DNA from: Paragordius varius | Taxonomy: Eukaryota > Animalia > Nematomorpha | Assembly: GCA_964247055.1 (NCBI GenBank) | Contig: OZ176057.1 | Span: forward strand, 1,922,001-1,986,000 | Length of the DNA stretch: 64,000 bases | Reading direction: 5' to 3' | In this document: piece by piece, positions 39,201 through 53,354 of the stretch | Layout of the letters: each line of letters starts with the position of its first letter | How positions within the stretch are numbered: position 1 is the stretch's first letter | Translations under genes and position numbers: made by a program | The notes under the pieces: generated by a model | The model's input: the letters and a program-made list of their open reading frames with translations, nothing else | Told to the model about the DNA's origin: nothing | The model's database searches: none

Positions 39201-42200
39201 ACTAAAAATATTTTTTTTTAAATGCATACCTTTTTTAAAAAATAACAAAATTTTGTTATAGCGCATATTAATTTAAATCATGATACAGTTTTAAACGCTC
39301 TAAGAAATCAAAAAACCTTTTTCTATATAATTAAATGCTGAACATTTCTGTCACCTAAGAATTTAAATAAACGTTTGTTCGCGTAAAAAACAATATTTAT
39401 TAAACTTAAATTTGAAGACGAACAAATTATTTATCTGAGGTAATGGATTCAACATTTTTGAATTAGATAAAAAATTTCATCTTACCTTGAAGCGTTTTAT
39501 ACCGTTTCAATCATGGCTCAAAATAGATTGAATACGCTTTAATAAAATTTGCGCAAAAAATTTTTGTAGAAAGTATCCATTTTTTTAAAAAAAAATTTTG
39601 ATGACTAAATTTAATACATTTATAAATTTATTACCCATTTCCGGCAATTATGGGTTTATGTTGAATAACGAAAAAATGACTTTAGCCTATATCTAAAAAT
39701 TAAAATTAAAGAATATTATTTAAATTTTTATATGTATATGCTATACTTTAGTGATACTTTTTGGAATGAAGCATTTAGCTTTTACCAAAAAAATTTTATT
39801 ACAAAGAATGTGCTCAAATTTTTCCATTTTTTGATATGGACATTTCCACAAAATTATAAATAACTTTCTTACACTCGTAGCCCAAACCAAAAGCACCGTG
39901 ATAATCTTGAGACATTTACCTATCAAAATATGTATATTTTATCAGGTTATTTTTTTATACCCCTCGATATTGGGTGTTATTATTAATAGTTATATTATTT
40001 TTATAAATATTTACAATGTTTTTAGTAACTTATGGCCCCTTTCCAAAATATCAAGACCAAATAATAGGTAAAAAATTATTTTCTGATTGCGTTTTATTGT
40101 TCTTAAATTCCTTTTTAACATTCCTAAACTTGTATCACAGTGTGAGTAAATATACATTGCTAGTTTTTATTATATGTTGCCAGATAATATGCAGAGAGTA
40201 TTATGAGCAGTATAAAGCGAAAATTATATATAGGTCAATTATTTTTCCCTTATTGTAAATATGCTATCTGGCGATAACTAATGAAAAACTAGAGATGTTT
40301 ATTTACTAATACTCTATCTAGCATTTAATTTTTTACGTCTTTTTTGTAGATGGTATTAAAATTTACTCAGATTGGACTGAGTGGGGGCCTTGTTCGGCCT
40401 GTGAATCAGTTGAAAATGTAAAAATTAATGATACCCTAAAAGTTATTGGAGAGAGAAGGCGGTTTGGCCGTTGTAAAGTTAAACTAGCAAATGGACCCTA
40501 CGCTTTTAAGGTTCGCGTTAACACTTCGATTCAAATTGGGGTATCTAAATGCCCCAGATAAAAAACTACTGAAGGAAACGGTCCCAATTTAATTTTTATG
40601 CTTGTATCCTAATAAAAATTAAATAAACATGCCAAAATATCTAAATAAAATTTTGTTATGAAAAAAAATTTCCATGTCAAACTACTTAGAAGCCATTTTT
40701 ATATTGCAAAATTTTTGCAAAATATCGTCATCATATTTTAAGGATAAAATTAAAGCTAATTTTTTATTTAAATTACATCTAACATTGATAGAAATAGAAA
40801 AAGCGGTTATTTTGTATTATTTTTTAATTTTACCATTTCACACATGTCACGATGACTAAATTTTTGCTTTTCGGTTTTAGCTTAAAATAACTAATATTAA
40901 GTATTTTTGAATAAATTTTTTATATTTGGTTATTAATGTTAGATAAGTGCAAAATTTTGTTATGGTTTCGATTCCTTCCATAAAGAATTTATTTTTAAAC
41001 AAGCCTGGGTTATCCATCTACCCCAATTTAAATCGAAGGACTGAAATGAATGTGTTAATCCAAGTGTTAAAATCTCAGATTTCAATATTTAAATTCTTAT
41101 AAATTATAAATAATTAAAAGGGCTCAACGGCCGAAAAATCAATGGTAAGTCGTAAATATTTCTACATAATAATGAATACGTATATGGAAGCGGGTCAAAG
41201 TGGTTTACCGTGCAATTCTTCACTCTTTGCTATGTTCAAGCATTTGGACGGTATATACATTCACATTATGTTTTTACTTATCAAGATACAATTTATTTTC
41301 GTGTGGGTTGAGGTTGTTTTATATTTTTGATTCTATTAATGTTTTATTTTGTTTAAATGCTTTAAGCCAAACTTTTAATTTATTTCGAAGCAAATGTATT
41401 AACTCATCAAAAAGGGAGAAATAAGTATATTATTAACCTATAGGCAAAATTGTTAACTGCTCAACAGTTAAAAGGGTTTGACGTAAAAGTTATAGGCGAA
41501 AATCTTATCTGAATGTTAAATAATATAAATTAATTGATATCCTATTCGGAAATTGTTTTTATATAGATAGGATCCGTATTGCTCGTTTGCGCCCCAACGA
41601 AATCCGAGTCGAGAACTGTATTGATGGATGTAACAAAAATTTAATTAATACTAATCCAAACCAATGTATGCTATGAAATTAAACACAGTAAAAATTAAAT
41701 TATACGGACAAAACGTAAAATCATAAAGACAGTTATTTAAAAGGACCGCTAACTGAATTTTAACCAATATACCTCATGTTTTTTCGCAAAGTATGTAATA
41801 CAGATGTAATTTGTTAACACATGTATTTTACAATTCGATTAAAATTTATAATTGAATCTTTATAATCTTTTACACAAAAATTTTTGTCTTTTATTTTAAA
41901 GTTTTGTCTTATAATTTTTATTTTTACTGTATATTAACGATATATTATGTTTAAAAAGAAAATTACATCATTATCTTTTTCTCTTAAAGTCCTAGAGAGA
42001 TTTGGAAAATTATCCAAAAGAGAAAACAAAAGTTTCACTACTTTTAAACCCAAAAAACCATATTTAAATAACTTGGGCAAACAGTTGACTAAGGGGGAGA
42101 ATGACGAAAAAGATAAAACCAGTTTCTTGAAAATTGATACTTCTGTCAATATCGATATTTTTAAAAGTATTTATAATTTTTTAAAAAAATAAATATTTGA

Positions 42201-45200
42201 TTTGTTTTTAAGCTTTACTTACGCTTGAAATTAAAAATAAACCACAGTTGTATGAGAAAGGAATTTTATTTATTTTTAACTCAAGTCACTAAAAAACATC
42301 TAACCTAATTTTTTCAAACAAAAGGTATGTTGATTACATGTTAGATAAAATATCGGCACATATTTAAGTTGAAATCTCTTGTAGCATTTTTACAGAATAA
42401 AAGAACGTAATGTAAAACTAGCCCAAGAAACCAATTATAATTATTTAAACATATCTAAATGGCCATAAATTGTAATATTATCGATTATATCTACAGAAAC
42501 TCCAAGTTATAAATTATCTGCGGATGCGGGAGACTCAATTGACATATATTGCCCCGGGTAAAAAATGAGCATACGTTCAAATTTTAATACCTAATATTGA
42601 TTTTTAACTTTCCTAGGTCAAAAAATTAATTGATTATTTAAAATTTTTGCAAATAAAAAAAATATTAAATGATATATATTATTGGGTGTTTGATAAAATT
42701 TAATTGATCTTGATTAGTTTGGAGGATGTTAGAGAAAAAATAGAACCCGAAAAATTTGAAACCCAATATTCTGTTCGTTGGCAAAACAATGGGACTGTAC
42801 TTCATCACACTCGGCAAGATGAATATTACGACAGAGAAAAAGAGTTAGATATAAAAAGTAAAATAACTGTAATTATATAGAACAACTTAACTCACAAAAT
42901 TAAACACCGCTTTTAAATTTTGGGTCTGTTTTAAGAAATTTGGGACTGAGAAATCAAGGAAATTTATTTCCATTGCATTGAAACGACGGCTTGATATAAT
43001 TTGTTTAACGGTTTATCGAAAGCTTAGCGCAAAACCATATTGTAAGAAAAGCATATAAAATTTTTAGATCAAAAATTTCCAACATTTGCCATTAATTTTG
43101 TAAATATTTAATATAGTAGATGGGACCATTTTTGAAACCGAAGCCGGTAATAAAAAGCGATATGCATCATTACATAATTTTATAGGAAACAATTTTCGTT
43201 TGTAACATTTTATTTATGGTAAAACGTTTTTCGTCTCAAACACAAATCAGTGTATTTACAACCGACATTCAAATGTAGAAGCTTCGGTACCAAACTAAAT
43301 CAAGATCTTTAATATTCAGACTGCTATATTTCCAAGGTGGCTAACACAAATTCGCGGGCCGCATTTCAAAAATGCGAATACGAAGAACCGATATTGCGGA
43401 AAGTTATATTAAATATATGCCTAAATAGACAATTCGACTTTACCGAACAATCGATGGCGTTTAAAAATAAAAGCAAAACATAAAATATCTATGATTAAAA
43501 TCGAATATGTCACTTAAAAAAATATTTTTGGAAGGAAAACTTATAATTAATTTGATATTTATGTTTTAACAAGATTTTATAAATGGAGAATTTATCCAAA
43601 TTATAAGATTTTGATTATATTTAATAATTTTATCAATTTTTACCACACATTCGCGGAGATGTCCTTTATTTTTGAAAAAAATATATTGAATCGAATATTA
43701 ATATTGTAGGGGAGCAAAGATTAACAATAGATGACCATTTCACGCTTTCGATTGTGAACTTGCATACAAATGATTCGGGAGAGTATTCATGCTGGAACAT
43801 TTTAAACATTAAATTAATTGGAATAATAATATTAAATGGTAAGTATGGGAAAATATTTTTATAAAATTTTATTAAATTAAATTTATTATTTTATTTATAA
43901 TTAGTAAACCCGTCTCCTGTGATGGAAGAAAGTAAGTATTAATGGATATATTAACTTTATATATATTACTGGGATTACAATGTGACCGCAAAAAAATAAT
44001 TGAAATATATATAATTTTATAGGAAACATGGTTCTTTTGGTTTTTGCCCTTATGAGTGACAAAGTTATTTACACTTTTGTGATAAGTGCTCATATTAGAA
44101 AATGGCAAAATTAGATAATAATTGGTGAAAGCTAAATGCTTCATTTCTATCACTAAATATTTCAAAAATTACATATTAAAAGCTAAACAATATTTAAAAA
44201 AAATTTTGATTTTTAGATGTGTCCAAAATCCCAAGTTTCTTCGCCCTTCTAAAATGGACTAGGCCTCTAAAAATAAATGCAATAATGCGGGGATTGCGCG
44301 ATAAAAATTTTAATTGTGATTGTTGATATCAATCAAAATATCTTTTAAAAAATGCATTTTTTTAAAAAAATTTAATATTTAGCGAAATTTTGTACTTCAT
44401 CCAATTTTAAGGCATGAGGGAAACAGTATACAAACTTTTAGATCTTATAAAAACACTCTTTCAATATAATTTAATGATGCTGGACATTTCTATCACCTCA
44501 AGATTTTGATTAAAGTATTTAATCTAAATTTATGTCAAATATAGTTTTTTTTTACCAAATGTAAACGAACCTTTAAATTTAAAATACTGAAGCGATAGGA
44601 ATACTCAGCAACATCAAATATATAAAGAGTTTTATATCTGAAAGCGTTTTTGTACCGTTTCCATCCTGCCTTAATAGTATGAAGTATGCCTAATGTGCTA
44701 ATTGAATTTTTGTAAAAAATTAACATATCATATAAATATTTTTTGTTAAAACTTAGCCTATATTTTAGAGTTTTATCACCCAATCCCGGCATTTTTGCCT
44801 TTATAATAACTCATTTTAGAAAAGCCAAACATTTTGGACCTTTGAACTACTACATCTAAAATTTAATTTTTATTGCTTTTTATAGGTGTTTCATGATAGA
44901 TTTTAGCTTCACCAAAACAAAATTATAACAAAAAATTGCTCAAATTTTGTCATTTTCTTATATGGATTACAAACCACAAAAGTGTAAATAACTTTCTTAT
45001 AACAGTTGTAAGGGAAACCATCATGATCTTAATACATTTTCCTATTGGAATATATATTTCATTAGGTTATTTTGCCGATTTTGGACGCAATGTTATACTA
45101 TTTCAGTTTTAAAATGGCTAATAGGGGGTATAATTGATATGTCTGTGCAATGTATGAGATTTGGATTTATTAGTAGAATTTTAAACATTGTGGAAAAAAT

Positions 45201-45448
45201 ATATCATGTTTTATATAACTAATAAAAATCTACATCCCAATAGATTTGTATGTTAACCCTTTTAGCCATTAATAACCAAAATAGGTTATAATATTTCTCG
45301 TTACATATAAATGTTGTATTTGTAAATTTATATTTTAGATATCAAAAATTATTTCTTCTACATGTTACTTGCTTATATTGGATACACTTGTGTGTTTGTG
45401 ATTACACTAAGCCTCAAAGTCAGATCAATAGAAAAAATGCAAATTTAA
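36296..45448 (+). CDS. two-Ig-domain single-pass membrane protein, FAM187A-like
   Basis: Exons 36296-36403 and ~36431-36708 (LQC..VQWY..LIIRNF..DAGTYFC); 40350-40510 (WTEWGPCSAC..GERRRFGRC); 41121-41250 (GLPCNSSLF); 41567-41665 (RPNEIRVENCIDGC); ~41990-42166; 42497-42557 (IYCPG); 42718-42857 (VRWQ); 43710-43838 (DSGEYSCW); 45339-45448 (TM, stop). Start exon and the 36.7-40.3 kb link are unresolved. Confidence 0.7.
37130..37345 (+). mobile_element. RTE-clade LINE 3' fragment
   Basis: KLYYFGHIMR..GKVSGTRKRGRRKLRCMDNI is a typical RTE ORF C-terminus. Confidence 0.7.
37410..37602. mobile_element. Tc1/mariner-type MITE (~190-bp hairpin)
   Basis: Termini CAGTATGAGTAGG / CCTACTCATACTG, ~75-bp arms, TA on the right flank. 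Confidence 0.75.
37680..38440. mobile_element. long-TIR non-autonomous element related to the core of 22051-24475
   Basis: Inverted ends GGAAAATGTATCAGGA.. / ..TCCTGATACAATTTT; shared internal AAAGCGTTTTTATAC motif. Confidence 0.6.
38940..39960. mobile_element. long-TIR non-autonomous element, same family
   Basis: GATTATCATGGTGCTTTTGG / CCAAAAGCACCGTGATAATC inverted ends. Confidence 0.65.
40522..41066. mobile_element. TTAA-flanked (piggyBac-type) MITE, 545 bp
   Basis: TTAA|CACTTCGAT ... ATCCAAGTG|TTAA. Family also seen at ~15640-15845, 48020-49150, 56500-57230 and 62220-62670. Confidence 0.8.
43990..45065. mobile_element. long-TIR non-autonomous element, same family as 38940-39960
   Basis: GGTGAAAGCTAAATGCTTC / TTTAGCTTCACC inverted; shared internal motifs. 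Confidence 0.55.
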
Positions 45449-45589
45449 TTATATTTTTTATAACCACCATACACATATAAATAATGTTATTAAAAATTTA
45501 ACGTGAAATCCATATTAGTTGTAAATGAGTAAACCTCCTATTTTGTAAGTTTCCAAACATATACATATATATATATATATATATTTCGG

Positions 45590-45965
45590 AAGTCTTATTG
45601 CAAAACAAAACCAGCACGTCAGATATCAAAGTAAGTATTGCGATGGTAAATCAAATATTACAAAATATTATAAAAATATGGAAGACTCATGTTAAACCAA
45701 CAAAAATTAGGCTCATCAATTCTTTATTATTCCTGACAATGTTATATAGACAACCAGTAACTGTCTCGCATTTAATAAACACATTTAATGATAAACATCG
45801 CAGGACAAAATACGAAATTCGAAAAATAAAGCCCACAATGGCTCTAACCTATTATTGATTATCGTATTTTACACAGACCGTGCACAAAATTTGGAATATC
45901 ACATTATGACTGGTAAAGTGGAAAAAAAAAGATAGCTGTGTAAGATGCGCTGGGCTGAAAATCTA
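45590..45965 (+). mobile_element. RTE-clade LINE 3' fragment, degenerate
   Basis: KIWKTH..TKIRLINSLLF..MLY and a downstream IMTGKVE..RW motif. Confidence 0.55.
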
Positions 45966-48261
45966 ACTTTAAACACAAACTATTTATTACAAAATCAAAT
46001 ATCTATTATTAACTGAGCTTGACGCACATATAGTTGCCAAAAAACCATAAATCGACAATCACTTCAGCTAAATACGATACAATATGATGATTATTATATA
46101 ATAATAATTTAGTATAAAGGATATTTGATTTTCATGTGGCATAAGACCGTTCCGCTCACAACTGAAATTTTTCCTTTTTATGAAAGGATTAATCTCCTAG
46201 TTACGGGTAAATTTTGAGAATCGAATTCTTTATATTGCACCAGTAGATTGAGGGCCATTTATTTTTAAGTATGAATAAAAAATGATTTGAGGCTTTCGAA
46301 CGTGGCAATTTTGACCCATTTTTTTATTTATTTGAAAATGTTAGGTTCAACCATTTTTGGTGTTTTCTCTGGGTTTACAAATGCGAATTGATAAATGGAG
46401 GCAGTTGCAACTGGCAGACTAATTTAAAAAAATATAGAAAATACACATGGGATGAAGCTTACCCAGGAAATATTGAATTACAATCTGCTAAATTTTTGAT
46501 ACGAAATAACTAATATTGTGTGTTAATATAATTTATGTAAACCACTTTATTTTTGAAGAGTGCGATTTTAGAGATGTCCTCATTAAACATCTAATTTCCA
46601 AAAACAGCTTAAATTTATTTTTTAATTTTTGATTAGTATCATTGTAAAATTCATATGGTGTGCTACGTTTTGAAAAAAAGCTTTATCGTCAATAAAAACC
46701 TCATTTTTTACACGGCGAGGTTGAGATGAATTATCGCTCAGTCACCCTTGACGCATTTATAAATAAAAAATACCACTATTAGCATAAGCCTAAATGTTTT
46801 CAGAAAATTGGTTAAAATAATATTATTTTAAAGCTTCTATTTTCAAGTTCTGCTAATTTTAGGGGCTAGTTTAAAGACTTAGACACCTTTGGCCAGATTG
46901 TAAAACAATTAAAAAAATCAGATAAAATGTCCCCCCTTACGTTTTTTGAATATATGTTTCAATCAATTATTACAATAGCAACCCTATTTTTTAAGGGGGC
47001 TTAACTAGGTGCTAATATAAGAAAAGGTCTTCGTCATTATCGGCACATTCAGAAAACAATAGATAAGTATACTGATAAAATAAAAAATTATTATTTTAGA
47101 GACTTATTTTTTCACAACTCGATTTTCCAGTGGGGCAAAACTCATGGCCTAATAAAAAAGGGCTTAGTCACTGTCGGCATAATTATAATTGATAAAATTT
47201 TTTTCTTTGATGCGCTTATATCCCGTTATTCAAAGCTAACACCTTATATTTTTTAAATATATAGAGAGATATGTAATAAATTATTTTCAATAATTACGAT
47301 ACAAAAGATGGGGTGATAAAAAAGTCGCAGTTGACTTATAAGTCTAACGTGGCAAGTTTATTTAGGCCAGAAAGTGGACCCTTGAAGTAGATGATATAAA
47401 ATACTTAAGTCAAAGCTTTTGCCTATGAAAGTAGAATTTTTTTGCCACCCAATTTGATTACGGGATTAACTTGACATTTTCAGCCAAAATTTATGAAATA
47501 AGACACAAAAAGATAACAAACATTATATGCATTTTTATTGAAATTTCTCAAACTCAATGGGATGTATCTTATATAATATTTGGGATTGTTCTAAATATTG
47601 CCCGATAACCAAAATTTTTAAGTTGATGAAACTAGTCGACATTAAAACACTCTCTATTATTTACTCATTACTTGTAAGGAGTTCATTTAATAATATAATG
47701 GGAGGATGTTTATGCAATATAACATATTATTAATTGATTTATCAACAATTTATTTGAAATTTATGTTAAAATAAATCTATAAATGTTTTTATAGTTCAGT
47801 AACCTTTAGCGTGTTTTATTTTTTGTAAAACAAGAAAAATTTTAGCAAGATTAATATTAATATTATTATGAAAATTTTCGGAATCAAAATGCGGGTTCAC
47901 GGAATCGATAAATTAACATAATGTCTTTTTGTTATATATTAGCAAAATTTTTCTGAAAATTTATCCTCTTTTGTGTCTACCCAATTCTAATAGTTTATGA
48001 TAAAAATTATCAATTTTTATAGCATTGACACTTCGATGCCATTTGGGGTATCTAATGACTCCAGACCAAATTAACTGTAAAATTTTAAAAAACTACTGAA
48101 GGAAACGGTCCTAATTTAAATTTATGCTTATATCCCTTTGAAAATTATATAAATAAGTTAAAATATTTTAATAAAATTTTGTTTCATGTCGGATGCCATT
48201 TTTTACAAAATTTTTGCAAAATATTGTGTTCATTTATTTTTTAAGGTATAATTTGCGTTAA

Positions 48262-48829
48262 CACTTCGATTATTGGGGTGTCTAAATACCCGAGACTAAA
48301 TTTAAATTAAAATTTTCAAAAAACTACTGAAGGAAACGGTCTCAATTTAAATTTATGCTTCTATCCTGATAAATATTATATAAATATGCCAAAATATCTT
48401 GATAAAATTTTGTTTTGAAAAAAAAGTTCCACCTCAATCTACTTCGACGCCATTTTTATTTTACAAAAATTTTGCAAATCGTCTTCATTTAATTTTAAGG
48501 GTAAAACTAAAGCTTGATATTTATATAAATTACATCTAACATGATAGAAATAGAAAAAGCGGATTTTGTATTATTTTTTAATTTTACAATATGACACATG
48601 TCACGTTGACTAAATTTTTACCTTTCAGTTTTAGCTCAAAATAAGTAATATCAAGTATTTTTGAATAAAATTTTTTATATATTTCGGTTTATTAATGTTA
48701 TATAAGTGCAAAATTTTGCCATGGTTTCGATTACTTCCATACTTTTTAAACTATTTGATTTTAAACAGGCCTGGGGCAACTGCCCCAATTTGAATCGAAA
48801 GACTAAAATGAGTGTGTTGTGTCCAAGTG
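48262..48829. mobile_element. TTAA-flanked MITE, 568 bp, with partial copies at ~48020-48240 and ~48910-49150
   Basis: TTAA|CACTTCGAT ... GTCCAAGTG|TTAA; colinear with 40522-41066. Confidence 0.8.
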
Positions 48830-49522
48830 TTAATTTTCTATTTAAATCACATCAACACTGATATAAGTAAAAAATGGTTGATTTTGTATTAATCTTTAAT
48901 TTAGACAATGCACATATGTCAGGTTGACTAAATTTTTACCTTTGAGTTTTACCTTAAAATAAATAGTATGTATTTTTGAAAAAAGTTTTTATATATTCCG
49001 GTTAATTAATGTTATCTAAGTGGAAAATCTTGCCATAGTTTTTAATCCTTCCATAATTTTCAAATTATTTAATTTTAAACAGGTTTGGGGTGTCGAACTA
49101 CCCCAATTTAAATCAAAGGACTAAAATGAATTATTTGTATCCCAGTGATAAACTTTTAACTTAAAAAATTTTGGGCTACATTTTATTAACAAAAATTTGT
49201 TGATTAGAATAGAGTGTATTTTAGAGATGTCCTAATTTAAGACCCTAGAAATGACAAAACTGTAAAAAATATAAAAATTTTATCTATTAATACATGAGAA
49301 AAATTTTTGATAATTATATTTTCACTAAAAGAAAGCGGTAGTTTATATACATTAGACCAAGATGTAAAACCCCACAAGGCAAATTAGTACAAAAAGTGAA
49401 TCAGTAATGAAGTGGTACTCCAGTCTAACGATTCATAAATTCATTCATTTTATGGCAATCTGAATTTAAATTTCACATGGCATCGATCACTAAAGTTTTT
49501 TTTGGTTCATTTTTAAATTTAG

Positions 49523-52500
49523 ATGCGTACTAATTCATCTAGTCAAGATGAGGGTGAATACACAGATACCTCTGAGGATTTACCGGTTACCAATAAAAAT
49601 TTGTATGAAACAACTCATGTTAATGGTAACGGTAATAAAAACACTATGGCTAAATATAATATATGGTCAGACGTACTTATAAATGAAAACCTAAGCAGTG
49701 ATTTTGTAAATATAAATACCGGTAATAACAATGTCTTAAAACGGAACAAACAATTTGGTCCCGAATCATATTTCGTTACAAGTGACATGATACCCATTAT
49801 TCGGCAAAATGCAGCATACAAACAATCTAAATCATGCAAGAATAAAAGCCATGGGTCTTCATTACAGAACAAAAAAGTTCGTAAACAGAAAATTAATTCA
49901 ACTGATAATATTACCAACAAAGAAAATACACAGGGTTCAAATAAGCTTAAGTCACAATTAAACACGAAAACTAATGTTAATTCTTCAACCATTTCTCTCT
50001 CAGAAAATCAAAACATTGTTAATAATCAAAATCAAACCAAATTTTCTAAAGCCGAATATGAAGCACACGTGCAAAAACTTAAAGATCAATTTGGAGAACA
50101 AACTTTTCAACAGCGGAGAAAACACGTAACCGCTAGACTTTCTATGGTTCTTAAACCTCCTCACAACGGTTATAATCGCTTTTATGTGCGGACCGGTATA
50201 AATCCAGAACTAAGCCCACCAGAGCTGGTTGAAATGGCTTCCAAATTCCTTCACGAAACTAATTTAGAACTTTTAGGTATGATCCAATCATTAATATTTC
50301 ATGCAATTTTAATATCTTCTCCATTTTTAAGCTTACATAAATATTTAAGTACATTATTTTTATAAGTCGACATGATAATTCTAAAAATAATATCCTTGAA
50401 AATATTTTTAAGACTTTTTAATCCAGTTTATCGTGTTATTTGCCAAATAATACAAATATAACTTAATATTAAGGTATTATCTATTATAACAAGAATGTTA
50501 TAGCATTGCAATCTCATTTTCAACAAACTATTCATGATGATTATATTTTTTATTCTGTAGAAAAAATTATTTTTACCATTGGATCGGAACGTACCTGTCA
50601 AATTTTGTGTGAGTGTGAAGCTATGCAAAAAATGGGAGGTCTTTATACTTTGGTTCGTTTTTAAATTTTTATTACATTTTTTTCAAAATTCCTAATTTAA
50701 TTTTTTATTACATAATGTTACCAATAAAATATTTGGTTGTTAAAAAAAATATTTATAAAATCGGTATAGTGAATTCGATGCAGATTTATAATTGTAATGG
50801 TATTGTCCTTAATGGATTCCCACTTTTAGGGTGCTCTATAATAATTATTTACAATAAAAATTAAAATTATAAATGCAAAATTTTAATAAAAAAACAATTA
50901 TTTTGTATAAAAAATGTTCATATACTTTTAAAGTTTTCTTTCTTATTAACATTTTTGATATATGATAGTGTATTAATAATTTAAATCGCTATGCCTTATT
51001 TTTATAGCCAAACGGCTGAGTTATATTTTAAAAACTAAGATTATATTTGTCATTTTTTTTAAAAAACTCTTTATATTTTTTACATTAGTTTTTTTACTTT
51101 TTATTGTGATTAAGAATACGTTTATTTCGAACAAATCAAAATATACCCTAATTAATATATAAAAGGATGGGAAACGTAAACGGACTTTTGGAGGAGTTTT
51201 TATCGTTATGGTAAAAACTGATACCCGTATAGATTCAAAGTTACGTTCATCAATATTTGCCAATAATAATATGAATGCAAACGCAAATGCCAACAATAAA
51301 AGCGAAAAACCTAAAAATGATAAAATTAACACTCATACAGGTGATCTTGATAATTGTTTGATATCCGAGAATGATATTGGAACTAATGGTACTATTGTTT
51401 TATATTATCAAATAAATTTTTGACACAATATGGATAACTAAATCTAAAGGAGCTTTTGACAAAATTTTATTTTTTTGGTAAACGTATTTTGGAAGTTGTT
51501 AAAAATATTGATTAGTTCTTGGTTTTAATCAAAATATTTTTCTTTACATGATCGATTTACGTTTAAAATAGAGTAACAGTAAAAATTGATATTGTGCAGA
51601 CAAAATATAAAAATTTTCTCAAAAGACAACCATATTTTAAAACCATGATTTTAAAACCATGATTTTCTTATATAAACTATTTAACAATTGTGAAATATGT
51701 GATTTATTGTGTTGCCATTCCTTTTCTATTTCATAATCTATATTTTAATACTATGATATTAATTAAAATAATCAAGTTTAAAAGTATGGTTTTCTTTTTA
51801 AAAAATATATTTGTCTTTATATTTTTATATTTACATTTTGATTCTATTATAATATATTTTTAGATCTAATTCATAAAACATTGGATGATACCTCTGGGGA
51901 CATAAAAGATCCACATTCAATTGCCACAAATATAAACACACTCACAAACGATGAAAATAATATTAATGATGTCCATGGCTCAACTAATAACTGTAATGAT
52001 ATTACAGTTAAACCAAAATCAAATTCAAACAAAACTAACCATAAAAAACGGCATAATAGAAATGTTAAATTCCCTCCTATGCCTGTCGAATTTAGACATG
52101 ATAACAAGTAATTGATTGATTTATTAATATTTTGCGAAAATTGAGAAATAATTTAAATATATGGACGCAAATCTCTCATATCTTTTATAATATAAATTAT
52201 TTTAAATGTTGGATTGTTTATGTCCAAATTCAGACATATTATTAAAATCTTGTAATCAACACATCGCTGACTTTACTACCCAATTAAGTTTTTTGATTAT
52301 ACCTTGAAGCAAAAAACAAATTTTAAATCATTACTATAAAGGTTTATATATTAAAACTTATATAAAGGCCGAACATAAAAAGTAAATGATTTTCTTTGAA
52401 ATATATTTTATCCTTATTGACTTATAATTTTTTAAATATTATGCTTAATGTAATAAACTTTTTACCTTCAAAGATAGATTTTATTATAAAATATGCTTAA

Positions 52501-52794
52501 TATAATTGTTTCTTCTCCAAAATTTATTTTTACCATATTTTTTTATCAACTATTAGATATTTGTACAGTTTTAAGGGTATGAAACGTAAATACAATAATC
52601 TTTCAAGCAATTCGTCTTTGAATTCAGTAAATCAAATTAAAAATGAAAATAATAATCCTGGTGATTGTGGAAAAATGGATTTAACCTTAAAAGCCACAAA
52701 AAATAGCAAAGATCCAAATAATATTATTCAAGATTCGGATATCAACCTTGAATTATTGATAAATAGCGAAGAATTTATGAATGAGGGACAATAA
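49523..52794 (+). CDS. PHAX: phosphorylated adaptor for RNA export (snRNA export factor)
   Basis: join(49523..50276,50561..50652,51166..51388,51864..52107,52557..52794) with consistent phases. Motifs KYNIWSDVL and the RNA-binding domain LHETNLELL|EKIIFTIG..GGLYTL|DGKRKRTFGGVFI. Confidence 0.88.
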
Positions 52795-53354
52795 AAATTT
52801 AACAAAAATTTGAGTTATCTAATAAATTTTACACGTTTCGTTCCAATTAATTAAGATCATTATTTTATTGTAATAATATATGAAAAATTTTTTGTATAAT
52901 AGAATTTATTTTGATGATATCTTTTGTAATATACACGATTAGATTATTGCATTTTGTTTATAATAATGTTTTCCTGTTCATTTCTTATACTAAATTTTAT
53001 GAATAAATATGATATAAGTTATGTTAAATTGTCAATTAATTTCATATATGAAGTTTTTAAATAATCTTTTACCTAACAAAATCTAATCTTAAATTATCAT
53101 TTTTTCAGCTTTTTTAATTGTTTGGGTAAAAAGGATAATAATCAAGCAAAATTTGAGCCAATCTTTTTTTCACACTATAGACGTGTGGACTTTCATTCGA
53201 ACCCCAAAATGTACAATTTTTCTATCATCATTGTCAATTGGGCAGGCTAAGCGTTTAAGAGTCCTGATACAATTTCATACGCTTTTACAAAAAAAGAAAA
53301 TTTAAACTATATATATATATATATATATATATGCTGCGTCTACAATCGGGGGTA

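Noticed and set aside
49615-49992. Antisense ORFs over PHAX (also 51021-51332 and 51871-52107), SEC22B (26781-27002) and the RT (63283-63513)
   Set aside because: Shadows of real coding sequence on the opposite strand.
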